From positions 75,533,565 through 75,597,564 of the forward strand of contig NC_047118.1 in the NCBI RefSeq assembly GCF_902500255.1: a stretch of DNA of 64,000 nt, read 5' to 3'. Source of the stretch: Thalassophryne amazonica (lineage: Eukaryota). The position numbers were made by a program, and so were the translations under genes. Under the pieces are notes generated by a model that saw nothing but the letters and a program-made list of their open reading frames with translations, was not told the DNA's origin and did no database searches. Positions 12,044 to 23,397 of the stretch are shown here, piece by piece (position 1 is the stretch's first letter; each line of letters opens with the position of its first letter).

Positions 12044-12917
12044 CGAGGTCTGTTAGAAAAGTATCGGACCTTTTTATTTTTTTCAAAAACTATATGGATT
12101 TGAATCATGTTTGTAATGAAAGAAAGTGCGGACGGGTCCGTGTGTCGGGACGCAGCCGACGCTGTGCGCCGCCACAGGAAGAACACCTCCGTTGGAAGCC
12201 TTAAGGACAAGTTGGAACATGTCCAGCTGTTAAACAATTTCTCAGATACTCACTCAACTGAAAGTCATCAAAAGCCGCCTGGTTTTTACAAATGGTTATC
12301 AACACAGAGGTGTTTTTCCTGTGCCGCCACACCGCGCCGGCTGCGTCCCGACGTGCGGACCCGTCCGCACGTCTTTCATTAATAAAATCTCCTTTAACAG
12401 TGGAATGTCCGGATAAACTGCTGATCCCGACCTCTTCTGAAAGTTCTCTGTTCTCTCACGATGTCCTGGGTCAACAGAGGCTTAAATTTGGAAGCTTTCA
12501 GCTTGAAACAGGCAGACAGCGGCGGCTCAGGGCACGTTGCGACATCCTGCTCCGTGGGCAGTCCTTAAAGCGACAGCAACAGTCCATAATCTCTCATCAG
12601 CCGTTAAAATTTTCACAGAAAACCAGCTGAATTTCTCGAATGGTGTCCACTTCGATGTGCCTCACAGTTTTTGAAAAAATTTTGATCAAGCAAAGCGCCA
12701 GTCTCTCAGGAAGTTGTCAGACAGAGATTCCGACGGGAGGGGTAGACCACTCCTCACTCAAAGCCAGCCCACAGGCAAATGACGTAACCAACAGGCGTGA
12801 AAAAACTCACGCATGCGCACGAGGGTTCAAGGTTGTCTGATGTAATCGCACGTGATTCAAATCCATATAGTTTTTGAAAAAAAATAAAAAGGTACGTTAG
12901 TTTTATCACAGACCTCG
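12044..12917. mobile_element. TA-flanked non-autonomous TIR element (about 874 bp) with about 60-bp TIRs and an internal 70-bp-arm hairpin (12115-12380), inserted within integrase codons
   Basis: Ends cgaggtctgttagaaaagtatcggacc… / …rc identical. TA at 12042-43 and 12918-19. Removing the element and one TA restores …TPTY|NSPSNG… in the integrase reading frame. Confidence 0.6.
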
Positions 12918-13139
12918 TAATTCACCTTCAAATGGATTGGCTGAGAAGCTGGTGCAAAATTTTAAGAGGTCCTTAGCTGAAAGTCGAGCACTTGGTGGTA
13001 TGATGCTGCAAGAATGTATTGCAAAATTCAGGTTTGTATCAAAATATGCCACATGTCACAACTGGGAAAATGCCAGCAGAACTGTTCTTGAAAAGACAGG
13101 TTCGCACCAGGTTGTCTTTGCTGAAACCAAAATTCTGCT

Positions 13140-13690
13140 GTGTGTTTAGGGTCATTATCCTGCTGAAAGATGAACCGTTGCCCCAGTCTGAGGTCAAGCA
13201 TGCTCTGGAGCAGGTTTTCATCCAGGATGTCTCTCTACATTGCTGTATTCATCTTTTCCTCAATCCTGACTAGTCTCCCAGTTCCTGCCGCTGAAAAACA
13301 TCCCCACAACATGATGCTGCCACCACCAAGCTTCACTGTAGGGATGGTGCCTGGTTTCCTCCAAACATGATGCTTGACACCAAAGAGTTCAATCTTTGCC
13401 TCATCAGACCAGAGAATTTTGTTCCTCATGGTCTAAGAGTCCTTCAGGCGCCTTTTGGCAAACTCCAGGCAGGCTGCCATGTGCTTTTTACTCAGGAGTG
13501 GCTTCCGTCTGGCCACTCTACAATACAGGCCTGATTGGTGGATTGCTGCAGAGATGGTTGTCCTCCTTGATGGTTCTCCTCTCGCCACAGAGGAATGCTG
13601 CAGCTCTGACAGAGTGACCATTGGGTTCTTGGTCACCTCCCTGAGCAAGGCCCGTCCCCCCGATCGCTCAGTTTAGATGGACAGCCAGCT
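13140..13690 (-). mobile_element. Tc1 family 'B' transposase fragment (middle part)
   Basis: Minus ORFs 13433..13648 (…KNPMVTLSELQHSSVARGEPSRRTTISAAIHQSGLYCRVARRKPLLSKKHMAACLEFAKRRLKDS) and 13235..13429 (…[57 protein letters not shown]…). Confidence 0.8.
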
Positions 13691-13699
13691 CTGGAAAGA

Positions 13700-14650
13700 G
13701 TCCTGATGGATCTCAACTTCTTCCTTTTAGAAAGGAGATGGGTGTGGTATTTGTGCTCGAGACCCTCCTGTCCTGTGCACCAACAGCATTTCCTGTATAT
13801 TTGTTTTGTGAATTGTTCCCTGAAAAGCCTTCAGTTAATTCAAAATGCTGCAGCTAGAGTACTGACGGGGACTAGAAGGAGAGAGCATATTTCACCCATA
13901 CTGGCCTCTTCTTTGGCTTCCTGTTAATTCTAGAATAGAATTTAAAAAATTTTCTTCTTACTTATAAGGTTTTGAATAATCAGGTCCCATCTTATCTTAG
14001 GGACCTCATAGTACCATATCACCCCAATATAGCGCTTCGCTGTCAGACCGCAGGCTTACTTGTAGTTCCAAGGGTTTTTAAGAGTAGAATGGGAGGCAGA
14101 GCCTTCAGCTTTCAGGCTCCTCTCCTGTGGGACCAGCTCCCAATTCGGATTAGGGAGACAGACACCCTCTCTACTTTTAAGATTGAGCTTAAAACTTTCC
14201 TTTTTGAAAAAGCTTATAGTTAGGGCTGGATCAGGTGACCCTGAACCATCGCTTAGTTATGCTGCTATAGACTTAGACTGCTGGGGGGTTCCCATGATGC
14301 ACTGAGTGTTTATTTCTCCTTTTGCTCTGTATGCACCACTCTGCATTTAATCATTAGTGATTGATCTCTGCTCTCTTCCACAGCATGTCTTTTCCTGATT
14401 CTCTCCCCTCAGCCCCAACCAGTCCCAGCAGAAGACTGCCCCTCCCTGAGCCTGGTTCTGCTGGAGGTTTCTTCCTGTTAAAAGGGAGTTTTTCCTTCCC
14501 ACTGTCGCCAAGTGCTTGCTCACAGGGGGTCGTTTTGACCGTTGGGGTTTTTCTGTAATTATTGTATGGCTTTTGCCTTACAATATAAAGCACCTTGGGG
14601 CAACTGTTTGTTGTGATTTGGCGCTATATAAATAAAATTTATTTGATTAG
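13700..14650 (+). repeat. Widespread teleost interspersed repeat with a conserved pseudo-peptide (…LQLIQNAAARVLTGTRRREHISPIL…LLWDQLPIRIRETDTLSTFKIELKTFLF…), ending in the 'ttgtgatttggcgctatataaataaaat' tail
   Basis: ORFs 13706..13927 and 13972..14223 show the conserved motif seen in many fish genomes. It sits between two Tc1-B fragments, so it probably inserted into that Tc1. Confidence 0.55.
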
Positions 14651-14669
14651 ATTTTTTCTATAATTTGTG

Positions 14670-14860
14670 TGTTGCATGGCCCAAGCAGAGGGTCACCCCT
14701 TTGAGTCTGGTCTGCTTGAGGTTTCTTCCTCAGAGGGAGTTTTTCCTTACCACTGCTGCTCTAGGGGTTAGTAAGGTTAGACCTTACTTGTGTGAAGTGC
14801 CTTGAGGCAACTCTGTTGTGATTTGATGCTATATAAATGAAAATAAATTGAACTGAAAAA
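14670..14860 (+). repeat. Intact short copy of the SINE-like tail repeat; serves as the 'empty site' for the 5519-6437 insertion
   Basis: gcccaagcagagggtcacccctttgagtctggtctgcttgagg…ggttagaccttacttgtgtgaagtgccttgaggcaactctgttgtgatttgatgctatataaatgaaaataaattgaactgaa. Confidence 0.7.
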
Positions 14861-14864
14861 AATT

Positions 14865-15400
14865 ATGGATGATGGAGGCCACTGTGCTCATTGAGACCTT
14901 CAAAATGGCAGAAATGTTTCTGTACCTTTCCTCAGATTTGTGCTTTGTGACAATCCTGTCTCAGAGGTCTACAGCCAATTCCTTTGACTTCATGCTTGGT
15001 TTGGGCTCTGACATGCACTGTCAACTGTGGGACCTTTTCTGTAGACAGGTGTTTGCCTTTTCAAATCATGTCCAATCAACTGAATTTACCCAGGTGGACT
15101 CCAATTAAGCTTCAGAAACATCTCAAGGATGATCAGTGGAAACAGGATGTACCTCGGCTCAAATTGAGCTTCATGGCAAAGGCTGTGAATACTTATGTAC
15201 ATGTGATTTCTTAGTTTTAAAATTTTTAATAAATTTGCACAAATCTCCGAAAAACATTTTTCACATTGTCATTATGGGGTACTGCATGTAGCATTTTGAG
15301 GAAAAAGAAATTAATTTCATCCATTATGGAATACGGCTGTAACAAAATGTGGAAAAACGTGAAGCACTGTAAATGCTTTCTGGATGCATCACAGCCTCAA
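14865..15400 (-). mobile_element. Tc1 family 'B' 5' end (TIR, leader and N-terminal transposase codons), minus orientation
   Basis: Classic Tc1 terminal region at 15150-15400 (…caaaggctgtgaatacttatgtacatgtgatttcttag…ccattatggaatacggctgtaacaaaatgtggaaaaacgtgaagcactgtaaatgctttctggatgcatc). The reverse-complement of 14900-15150 encodes …TKHEVKGIGCRPLRQDC…. Confidence 0.7.
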
Positions 15401-15422
15401 GAAACAGTTGTATAGTCTATGG

Positions 15423-16681
15423 CAGTGATTCTCAACCGGGGTGCCGCGGCACCCTAGGGTGCCGTGATCGATCGTCGGGGGTGCCGTGGGTATTTTTCAT
15501 ATTCGCGATTATTTTTCATATTCGCGATTACCGTGAATTATTTATTTTATCCATAAAAAGCATAAAACGACTCAGAATCTGACGTCAAACGTGCTGCAGC
15601 CTCGCTCTCGTCTTAAGGCGGGACAATAACAAGGAGGCTGACGGCCGATTAAAACAGTGTCGTCTCCTTCAAAAGCCGGAGCTGTCGGTGTGTGTGTCTG
15701 TGCCTGTGTGTGCACGCGCGCGGAGTTAACAGGCTGCAGACTGCGAGGGAGGGGAGGGGGTGGGTGAGGGAGGGGAGGGGGTGGGTGAGGGAGATTCCTG
15801 AATGCAGGCGCGACACGTTCAGTGCGCAGCGAGCGCGGAGCAGAGAGAGGATTTTAACCCGAGTAAACAAAACCAAAACATGAAGCTGCCTTTACTTCTC
15901 TCTGAACTTTCTCTAAAAGGTGTGATTCTGCCGTTACCGTCCTGTTCACACCATGTGCGCGTCGTATGCTGAATTTATGAGATCATGAGATGAAATAAAC
16001 GGTCAAATATCTTTAAAAACATATTTAAAAAATGAGAATATATGAATGAACTGAGATACACACACACACAAAAAAAACAATGTTCAGACGCAGAGATAAA
16101 AAAAAAGCAGGTGAGAACTCTGAACTTTAACAGCTGTTATTTTCCAAAGGTACGAGTATTTATTTGTTCAATCTTGAGCTTAATGCAGTGTTTAAGCACA
16201 AAACGTGACTGATGAGGAGAAACAATTTCAGAAATGCAACAGAAACAACCACAAATCAGAAAAAGTTGGGACTGTATGTAAAATGAAGATAAAAATAAAA
16301 ATGTTGCACTATTCCCAGTTTCTCCACTCACAGAAGCCAAACGTTCTTCCAGAGTTGTGTAATTATACTACAATAGTAGAATATAAAGGGGAAAAAAAGA
16401 AAAAAAAATAGAAAATATATTCGTCAATCGCAATTATTTGTCTGACAATTAATCATCTCCAGAAATTTCTAATCGTGACAGCCCTACTTGAGATCAGAGC
16501 GCAAAATGCTTGGGGATTTTCGAAATGCAGTGTTTTCTATATCGATTTTCTATTGCGATAATTGGGTTTTGCGCAAAACCAGAGGTAATAGCATTATAAT
16601 ATTATTTTAGTTGGTGGTGTGCCGCAGGATTTTGTAAATATAAAAAGGGTGCCGCGGCTCAAAAAAGGTTGAAAATCACTG
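15423..16681 (-). mobile_element. Non-autonomous TIR element family 'A', copy 2 (inverted relative to copy 1)
   Basis: Reverse complement of 2554-3823 with about 97% identity and one fewer C-rich unit. Flanks are GTCTATGG (left, equal to the reverse complement of CCATAGAC) and GCTTAAGC (right). Confidence 0.75.
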
Positions 16682-17389
16682 GCTTAAGCAGTATTTTAAG
16701 TATTTGTATCGTGTTGCATTTAACTTCAGAAAAACACCAGTATGTTTCTTACTAAGTGTTGAAATGTTAAAGGTATTTTTATTTTTCAATCATGTTAAAG
16801 TTTAGTTTCTTATATAAACATTCCACTGATGCAAAAATCCCTAAAAACTGAGACTCCCAAATGTTTAAGTCAGAGCTCCACCTGGTGGGCTTCTGTGGAA
16901 ATTACATAAAAACACTGCTCATTTCTTGCCCCTAAAGTTCTGATGGAAATTTTAAATCATTTCTGCTCTTGGTCTTGATATTCAATGTTCTTATTTATTT
17001 CATTCTCTTTTTGTGCCTATTGGATAAACGTGCATGATTATGATTAATCCAGTTCTGAAAACCGGTTCATCAGTGTGAACACATTAAGGTTGAAGATTCA
17101 GTCTGGTGCAGGTGGAACAGATGCTTGGATCACATTATGTCCTCTTTTCTATTGTTTATTTGCTTTGAGTAAACATTCATACTTTGAGGGGTGTTCTTGA
17201 TCTGGCTGCCAGGAAGAATTTCTTCACCCGTGTCTCTGTGGCGTTCCTGGGTCGGGCGGTGGCAGCAGCGCGTGCGCCTTGGCTGCTAAAGTGTAGCTGT
17301 AAAGCTCAACAGCCATCCAGGACTCTTACATGCAAACACATCCAACTCCATCAAAAACAAAATGGCTATTTAATGACATCTCATTTTAT

Positions 17390-17630
17390 AGTCATGATGG
17401 TAAATGCACTGCATTTATATAGCGCTTTTCCATCGGCATTAGACGCTCCAAGTGCTGTACAATAATGCCTCACATTCACCCTGATATCAGGGTGCTGCCA
17501 TACAAGGTGCTCGCTACACACCGGGAGCAACTAGGGGATTAAGGACCTTGCCCAAGGGCACTTAGTGACTTTCTGGTCAGGCGTGGATTTGAACCAAGGA
17601 TCTTTTGAGGTGACTCAGGCATCTTTTCTG
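17390..17630 (+). repeat. SINE-like sequence (…ctgcatttatatagcgcttttccatc…ggtgctgccatacaaggtgc…gggattaaggaccttgcccaagggcac…), immediately followed by a LINE-derived tail
   Basis: Resembles teleost tRNA-derived SINE bodies. 17632-17870 is the LINE 3' tail, so the two may together form one SINE or LINE 3' unit. Confidence 0.4.
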
Positions 17631-17631
17631 G

Positions 17632-17870
17632 ATGCCCCCTGGACGCCTCGCTGGAGAGGTGTTCCTGGCACGTCCCATTGAGAGAAGGCCCCGGGGAAGA
17701 CCCAGGACACGCTGGAAGGATTACATCTCTCGGCTGGCTTGGGAACGCCTTAGTGTTCCCCCGGAGGAGCTGGGGGAGGTGTGTGGGGATCGGGAGGTCT
17801 GGGCAGCTTTGCTTGAGCTGCTGCCCCCGCGACCCGACTCCGGATAAAGCGGAAGAAAATGGACGGATGG
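17632..17870 (+). repeat. LINE 3'-terminal fragment (RT C-terminus; ORF 17632..17847)
   Basis: MPPGRLAGEVFLARPIERRPRGRPRTRWKDYISRLAWERLSVPPEELGEVCGDREVWAALLELLPPRPDSG* is a conserved fish LINE end. Paralogs at 8640-8745, 26985-27175 and 47290-47775. Confidence 0.65.
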
Positions 17871-19314
17871 ATCTTTTGGTCTCAAACCCAACGCTTAACC
17901 ACTAGACTCACTCAGTTGTTTCTTACAGACTACAAGAACATTTGTAACAGTAAAGTTAAGTAAATTATGATCATAATTAAAATCTGGCTCAATTTTTTTT
18001 TAATAAATGCATGTCATTTGTTCATTACAGGTCAAGTCTAGGAGGGCGTGCACACTAGCGCTACATCCACCACACTATGGAACCACCCAGGCACAGTTCA
18101 TCCCCACCTCCCCAAAGTAACCATCAATCTGCTGCAGCCAGATTAAATGTGGGCGTGTCCTTGACTTCCAACACTGAGGTACCTTTGTGCTGGATCAGTT
18201 GCAGAAAACACCACATGGACAAAATGTCACAGATGTTCCCTCACAATGTAAGTGATCCTCATCCAAATCTGCCCAAGTCTGCATTTGTGTGACACAAAGT
18301 CAGTCCAGTTGTACCCAAGGATGCTTTGCAGCGGTTGAGGAAGTAAGAAGTGAAGGAAAAGTTGACACCCACAAAATCACCTCGCTGTGGTAAACAGACT
18401 TTGGAGAGGCGTAAGACAAATTTATTATGGTGCAGTGATAGACCTTTAAAGAATAAAAACCTAAATTAAAATGGTGCACATGTGATGCATTAAAACAGCA
18501 GGTTTGATTGATCAGAAGAACTTTAGACTTGAGACAGTTCGGAGCATCAACTCATTTAATCTTTACCCGAAGCAGGCGTTACTGTCAATTACATCAACGT
18601 CACAAAGGACAAAGAAGTTTCTTTGGCTGTCAGACTCCAGGAGTGAAGCGCTTTAGAGGCACAATTCTTAATTTGAAGCAGATCCATTGTAAACTCCATG
18701 TCAGAGCTTCTGTCCACAAATAGACCCGCAAGGCGCAGTTTAACCGTACAGGCCTCAAAAACCGTTTTACTGACCTCAGCTGGTTCTGGTCTGTTCCACA
18801 GGGAAAACCCATGGTTTAAAAAAAAAAAAAAAATCATTTTCTTTTTGGTGACTCAGCAGCTACTAAAAACGTTTTTACTGACCCCTAGTGGCTGCAGTGA
18901 CTCGACATTCAGAGTTTCTGCTCACTGAAAAGGTAATTTTTTTTTCCATTTTTGCCTTTCTTATCACATTTATCATTGATAAAAGTTTGACTTAACATCC
19001 CATAAGAATAAGAAAATTCTTTAATAAGGAAAGGTTTAAAAGAGAAAACTGTAGCTCACATCAAATGATACCAGAGGGCAGCAAAACTATGGTCAGCGGA
19101 TTCACCAAGAAATCAGAACAAAACATTATACAGCATTTGGGATTTGACAATAACAGATACGTGAAGCCATGGTGCCGCACAGGAAGTAGAAAACCCAAAC
19201 CGTGACATTCTGCTGCCAGAAAAAAAAAAAAGTCTACATTGGACCAGTGTGATTGGGTCAAACAAGTCAACGTTCGACATTTGAATCTCTCGTGAAAAGT
19301 TTCCCACAGTGATG

Positions 19315-19432
<118 letters not shown>

Positions 19433-19800
19433 CACCAAAATAAGAGTGGCCAACAGAAAATCTAATATTGATAATTGAAAACCTTTAATTTTTTTAAAGC
19501 AAAAACTCAAACATACAGAGAAGTCTTTTGAACTCTGAAGAAAAAAAATTGACTTTTTTTTTTAAATGACAATAATTGACAGATGAACAGATATCAGTTG
19601 CAGGCCTAGTTTTGTTTTGTAAACTAGGGGACAGATCAGCTGGTTAATATGTCCAGCTTCACAGACTTTTGTGAAAACCCAACCGTTTCAAATTAAAGAT
19701 TTCTGATTCCTACAAGAAAGCAGTGCTGTACTCTATCACAGTGAAGGAAGGGTACAAAAACCTGTTCAGGTTTACTTTTGGACGGCTGTTCCTGCTCGTC

Positions 19801-19920
19801 TTCACTGGTCAAGGCTTTGCAGCGCCCCCAACAGACCATTGGCGGTGGTGAAGAGGTTGATGGGTGAAGCCCCGTCAGTGATGATTGTGGACTTCAACCC
19901 CAGAGCCTGAAGCAATTTCA
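19801..19920 (-). CDS. MVP: MVP terminal coding exon ([39 protein letters not shown], stop TGA at 19801-19803 on minus)
   Basis: Acceptor ctttccag|gtgaaattg. Matches [32 protein letters not shown]…. The teleost-style C-terminus is shorter than in mammals. A possible ATTAAA polyadenylation signal lies near 19482-19487 on minus (weak). Confidence 0.85.
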
Positions 19921-20443
19921 CCTGGAAAGCAGAACGTGACCTTTCAGAATAAAAGCCTTTGTTCTTGGCTCAGGCTGCATTCATAAAACATGCTAACAGA
20001 CGTCAACTTTTCCTTCACTCTTCCTCACCGACTCACACGTACAAAATGTTAATGTCCATCGTTATAGTAAATTTATCGGCTCTGATCAAACTAGACATGC
20101 GGGAAGTGGGTGGGATTAAATCAGACGGCTGCTTTATGTTGTGCACAAGCTCCTCCCACAATCCTCCTTTCCATCCATTTTTGGTCACGTCTCTTTCACA
20201 TGAATAGACTAAACATGGAAATAATGAAAGACAAAGGCTGCCAGCTGACAAGCTAACAGGGAGGGGAATTCATACGCCCCCTACTGGACAGAGTATGTCA
20301 CAAAAAATAAACTTCCTAACAGAAACAAAGATTTGTAAGTATAAATATAGAAAGTAATTCTGTAACATCTGACACAACAAGCGTCAGGTTGTTTCAGCTG
20401 CAAAGCTGATTTGTTTTTATTTTACTGTCTGGACTTTTCCTAC

Positions 20444-20632
20444 CTTCAGCTCGGGTCCGGCTCGGGCCATCTCAGCCAGCGTGCTGCTGCCCAGACTCTC
20501 CACCAGCTCTTTGAAGTGCTGAGTCTCAATCTGGGCCATACGTTCCTGTTTCTCCAACTCCAGATGGTCCAACTCCTTCTTATAGTTCAGCTCCTGCTCG
20601 CGAGCCTTAGACAGCCGCTGTAGCTCCGCCTC
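20444..20632 (-). CDS. MVP: MVP coding exon 15 (EAELQRLSKAREQELNYKKELDHLELEKQERMAQIETQHFKELVESLGSSTLAEMARAGPELK)
   Basis: Acceptor gcgcatgcag|gaggcg, donor ctgaag|gtaggaaa. Matches [61 protein letters not shown]. Confidence 0.88.
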
Positions 20633-20840
20633 CTGCATGCGCACCACACGTCAGTTACACGGTTATCACTGCAGGTTCACACATGTGAAGCATGAAGCTG
20701 ATTGGGCAAAAGAGAAAAGGTCAGGACTAAATTAGCATGAAGGGGGTGTGTGTGGGAGGGGCTTATTCATCTCAAGGGGCGTGTCATAAAATGTGCTCCC
20801 TGCTAGTTTAAAAGAATGTGTTTGAGAAAAGAGAACCTAC

Positions 20841-20967
20841 CGCCTCGATCCTCTGAGCCTCAGCCTTCAGTTTGGCCTCACTGACCGCGGCCTCGCCTTG
20901 AATATGCGCAGACTCTGCCCTCGACTGCGCTTCAGCTTTGGCGGCTCCGGTACTTTCCACGGCAGCA
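20841..20967 (-). CDS. MVP: MVP coding exon 14 (S|[42 protein letters not shown])
   Basis: Acceptor tctcccag|tgctgcc, donor gaggcg|gtaggttc. Matches [44 protein letters not shown]. Confidence 0.88.
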
Positions 20968-21221
20968 CTGGGAGAGGATATACCGTTAGAACCTCACTGT
21001 CCACGCCCACTATACGTAGCCACACTCCCCATGCAGACACAAAAACGAGGGATGCGCCCAGCCACAATTTTTCACTTCCAATCCAATCCTGATACCTGGA
21101 TATCTGCCGATACCAATACTTTTCCGATCCGATACCAGAGCTGTCTTCCACTAGTGGAAGACAGACTTTGGTCCTAATATGTGTAGTACACCGATTGGTT
21201 CCCAGTGGAACCAGTGGGTAC

Positions 21222-21338
21222 CTGAGAGCCTCCAGCTCCAGCAGCTCCTTTCTGGCTCTTTCAGCTTCAGCCTGGTCGGTGATCCGCTGCCTCTCCAGCT
21301 TTCCCCGAGCCTCCTGCTCCAGTCGCTCCGCCTCGTGG
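21222..21338 (-). CDS. MVP: MVP coding exon 13 (R|[38 protein letters not shown]|S)
   Basis: Acceptor gtttgcag|ccacgag, donor ctcag|gtaccc. Matches [39 protein letters not shown]. Confidence 0.9.
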
Positions 21339-21636
21339 CTGCAAACAAAACGCCACAATGCCAGAAGTCATAAAATCTTCACTAAACATGACTCTTCATC
21401 TGAATCCAGAATCCCCACCACCACCAAAAAAGTCTTTTGGGGGGTGTCTCACTAGTTTCCGACAGTGTCCCTCTAGGTTCAGTCTGTGGTGTTGAGGTCT
21501 GCCTCTGACAGACTGGAAGTGAGGAATTTGGACTTTCTTTGAAAGACCTGCAGAGATCTCTTTTCAAGAACAGTTCTCGTGTTCCTCTGTAAGGAAGTGA
21601 CCCACTTTACCATGAACCCTGTGCAGCGTGGCGTAC

Positions 21637-21848
21637 CGTGCAGCAGCCTCCTGGGAGTTGGTGGTGATTTCGATGGCCAGCTGGACGCTCTTCTGCAGGG
21701 CATCCCGGGTCCTCTGGTCCACAGGCTCCACGGACTGGATGTCCACGCTGCTGATCACCAGGCTGTTCTGGCTGAAGCGCAAACTGGGACGAACCGCCAA
21801 TTTCTCATCGAAGCCGAACACCGCCGAGCAGATGATCCTGTTTGAGTT
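21637..21848 (-). CDS. MVP: MVP coding exon 12 ([70 protein letters not shown]|R)
   Basis: Acceptor ttctgtcag|aactca, donor gcacg|gtacgcc. Matches NSARIIRTAVFGFE….[44 protein letters not shown]. Confidence 0.9.
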
Positions 21849-22177
21849 CTGACAGAAGGTGGGGGGGACAAGTTGTTACATTGCTGACCATGAGGTCAGG
21901 CTGAGAACATCTAAAATCCAACAGAGTACTCTGAAGACAGACGTTCACCAAAAACACCCCAACAGGAGGCACAACTCAAAAAAAAAAAAAAAAAAAAAAA
22001 AAACCCACAAAATTTTAAAATTTGACCAAACTACACAGTGACAGTAATAAAATTACTAAACACACTTATGTTTCATGTCAATCTGTTGATTACGTAAAGA
22101 TTTAAAAATTACCTCTAGACTAAATGGTCAGGTTGAGTGTTTGAGTCTCTAAACGGAGGCCGTGGTGAAACACAAAC

Positions 22178-22322
22178 CTTATGAAAATCATCAAACTGCA
22201 CAGAGGCGACGGCGCCTCTGATTCGTGAAGCGATGGCTTTGCAAGCATCGCCGACGAAGTCCGGCACTGAAAACACAGCAGCGGCGTCGGCGGGACTCGC
22301 CGGAACTTTGATATCAAAGTGC
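22178..22322 (-). CDS. MVP: MVP coding exon 11 (W|[48 protein letters not shown])
   Basis: Acceptor ccttttcccag|gcactt, donor cataag|gtttgtg. Matches [48 protein letters not shown]. Confidence 0.9.
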
Positions 22323-22422
22323 CTGGGAAAAGGAAAAAAAAAGCCAGAAAAGGGGATACGTTTAAAACAAAAACAAAAACTCTGGACACCATTTTGGGTT
22401 TGAACGTGCACAGTGGTCTCAC

Positions 22423-22620
22423 CAGTTGTAGGAAAGCTGAAGCTGGAGCCGGGCGTGGTCGGCTGTCTCTATGGTAATCATGTCTGTGAAGAAGTCAGGC
22501 CCCAGCAGGAGGCAGATGGCCTTGATGACGTTGGCCCTCTTGGGTTTGTCCCCGGATAGTGAGAGCACGGTGAACTGCTCGTCTGGACCCAGCATCACCA
22601 TGTCCGGCCCAAACACCACC
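22423..22620 (-). CDS. MVP: MVP coding exon 10 (R|[65 protein letters not shown]|W)
   Basis: Acceptor gtgttggcag|ggtggt, donor aactg|gtgagacc. Matches [66 protein letters not shown]. Confidence 0.9.
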
Positions 22621-22689
22621 CTGCCAACACAATCATGTCAGTCCTCCTATTCTCAACCTGCTCTGTGCCCCCCCAGGACTGAACCGCAC

Positions 22690-22925
22690 CTGGCTTTCTT
22701 CTCTCTGTAATCGTAAACCTGGGCAGCAGCGTTGTGGGGAACCCGGTAGGAGACCACTCTGGTTTTGTCCCTCTGCTTGTTCTCACTGGGACCGGTCCGG
22801 TCTGAGCGATCAGCCAGAGGGTCTCGAGCAGCCATCAGCAGGGCTTCCACATTACTGGGAAGTTCTTTCTGCCACAGTTCCTCATCCTGGGTCAGCATGT
22901 ACGTGTGACCCATTACCGCCCGGAC
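22690..22925 (-). CDS. MVP: MVP coding exon 9 ([78 protein letters not shown]|R)
   Basis: Acceptor cctgacag|gtccgg, donor gccag|gtgcgg. Matches [30 protein letters not shown]…[25 protein letters not shown]. Confidence 0.9.
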
Positions 22926-23397
22926 CTGTCAGGATCAACATTACTGTCGGTTAACTGTTCGGACGATCACATTTTAATTTACCAAGAGGCCAAATTCTCA
23001 ACATTCCAGCTTCTCAAATGAGACAGTTTACTTTTTTGGGATGTCGGACTGATGTGGATGTTTTAAACATCTCTAAAGCAACAAAATGCAGCATTCATCA
23101 AGACTTAATCAAGATCAGACTTTGCATTCCCCACATTCTAACCAGTTTTACAGCAGAAGCAACAGAACATTTCCCTTATTTTGTTTTTAAAATTTGACTG
23201 ATTATTGAAGGTCAGAAACCAAGTGAATGTCTAACTTTTGGCCACATGGAGGCGTGTCTTTAGACAATGTGATTGGTTTTGTTCTTTTACTCATTCCGGC
23301 ATTTTAAATTATAATAATAGATAATGGCTTCAGCTCTAAATGCAGACTTCTCACTCGGGTCTGTTTCAGGGACATCGCCGAGGCTTCAAACAAATAC

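Larger units (their letters stand above)
9355..13150 (+). mobile_element. Degraded LTR-retrotransposon body (gag CCHC zinc knuckle, integrase zinc finger, integrase core rve), interrupted by two later DNA-transposon insertions
   Basis: CCHC motif near 9830-9950 (CHRCGRTGHTPNDFHFKDAQCRRCLKKGHIARTC). Integrase N-terminus 10150-10400 (…LQNRLLAELHDSHWGMVKMKCLTRSLWWPTLDDDVE…). Integrase core resumes after the Tc1 at 11879-12041 (…KWPEIGRITTTCKTIAVWRNLLSTYQLPKEVVTDNGPQFIANEFETFLKLNAVNTPTY). It resumes again after the MITE at 12920-13140 (NSPSNGLAEKLVQNFKRSLA…TTGKMPAELFLKRQVRTRLSLLKPKF). Confidence 0.6.

Noticed and set aside
12115-12380. Perfect 70-bp-arm hairpin considered as a miRNA precursor or riboswitch-like structure
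   Set aside because: Arms are far longer than a pre-miRNA stem, and the hairpin sits inside a TA-flanked transposable element. It is more likely a transposon-internal foldback.
20417-21358. Coiled-coil-rich ORFs (AEAER…ELLELEAL…) initially reminiscent of flotillin or band-7 proteins
   Set aside because: They align much better, and in order, to the C-terminal cap-helix region of major vault protein, and splice in frame with the upstream MVP exons.
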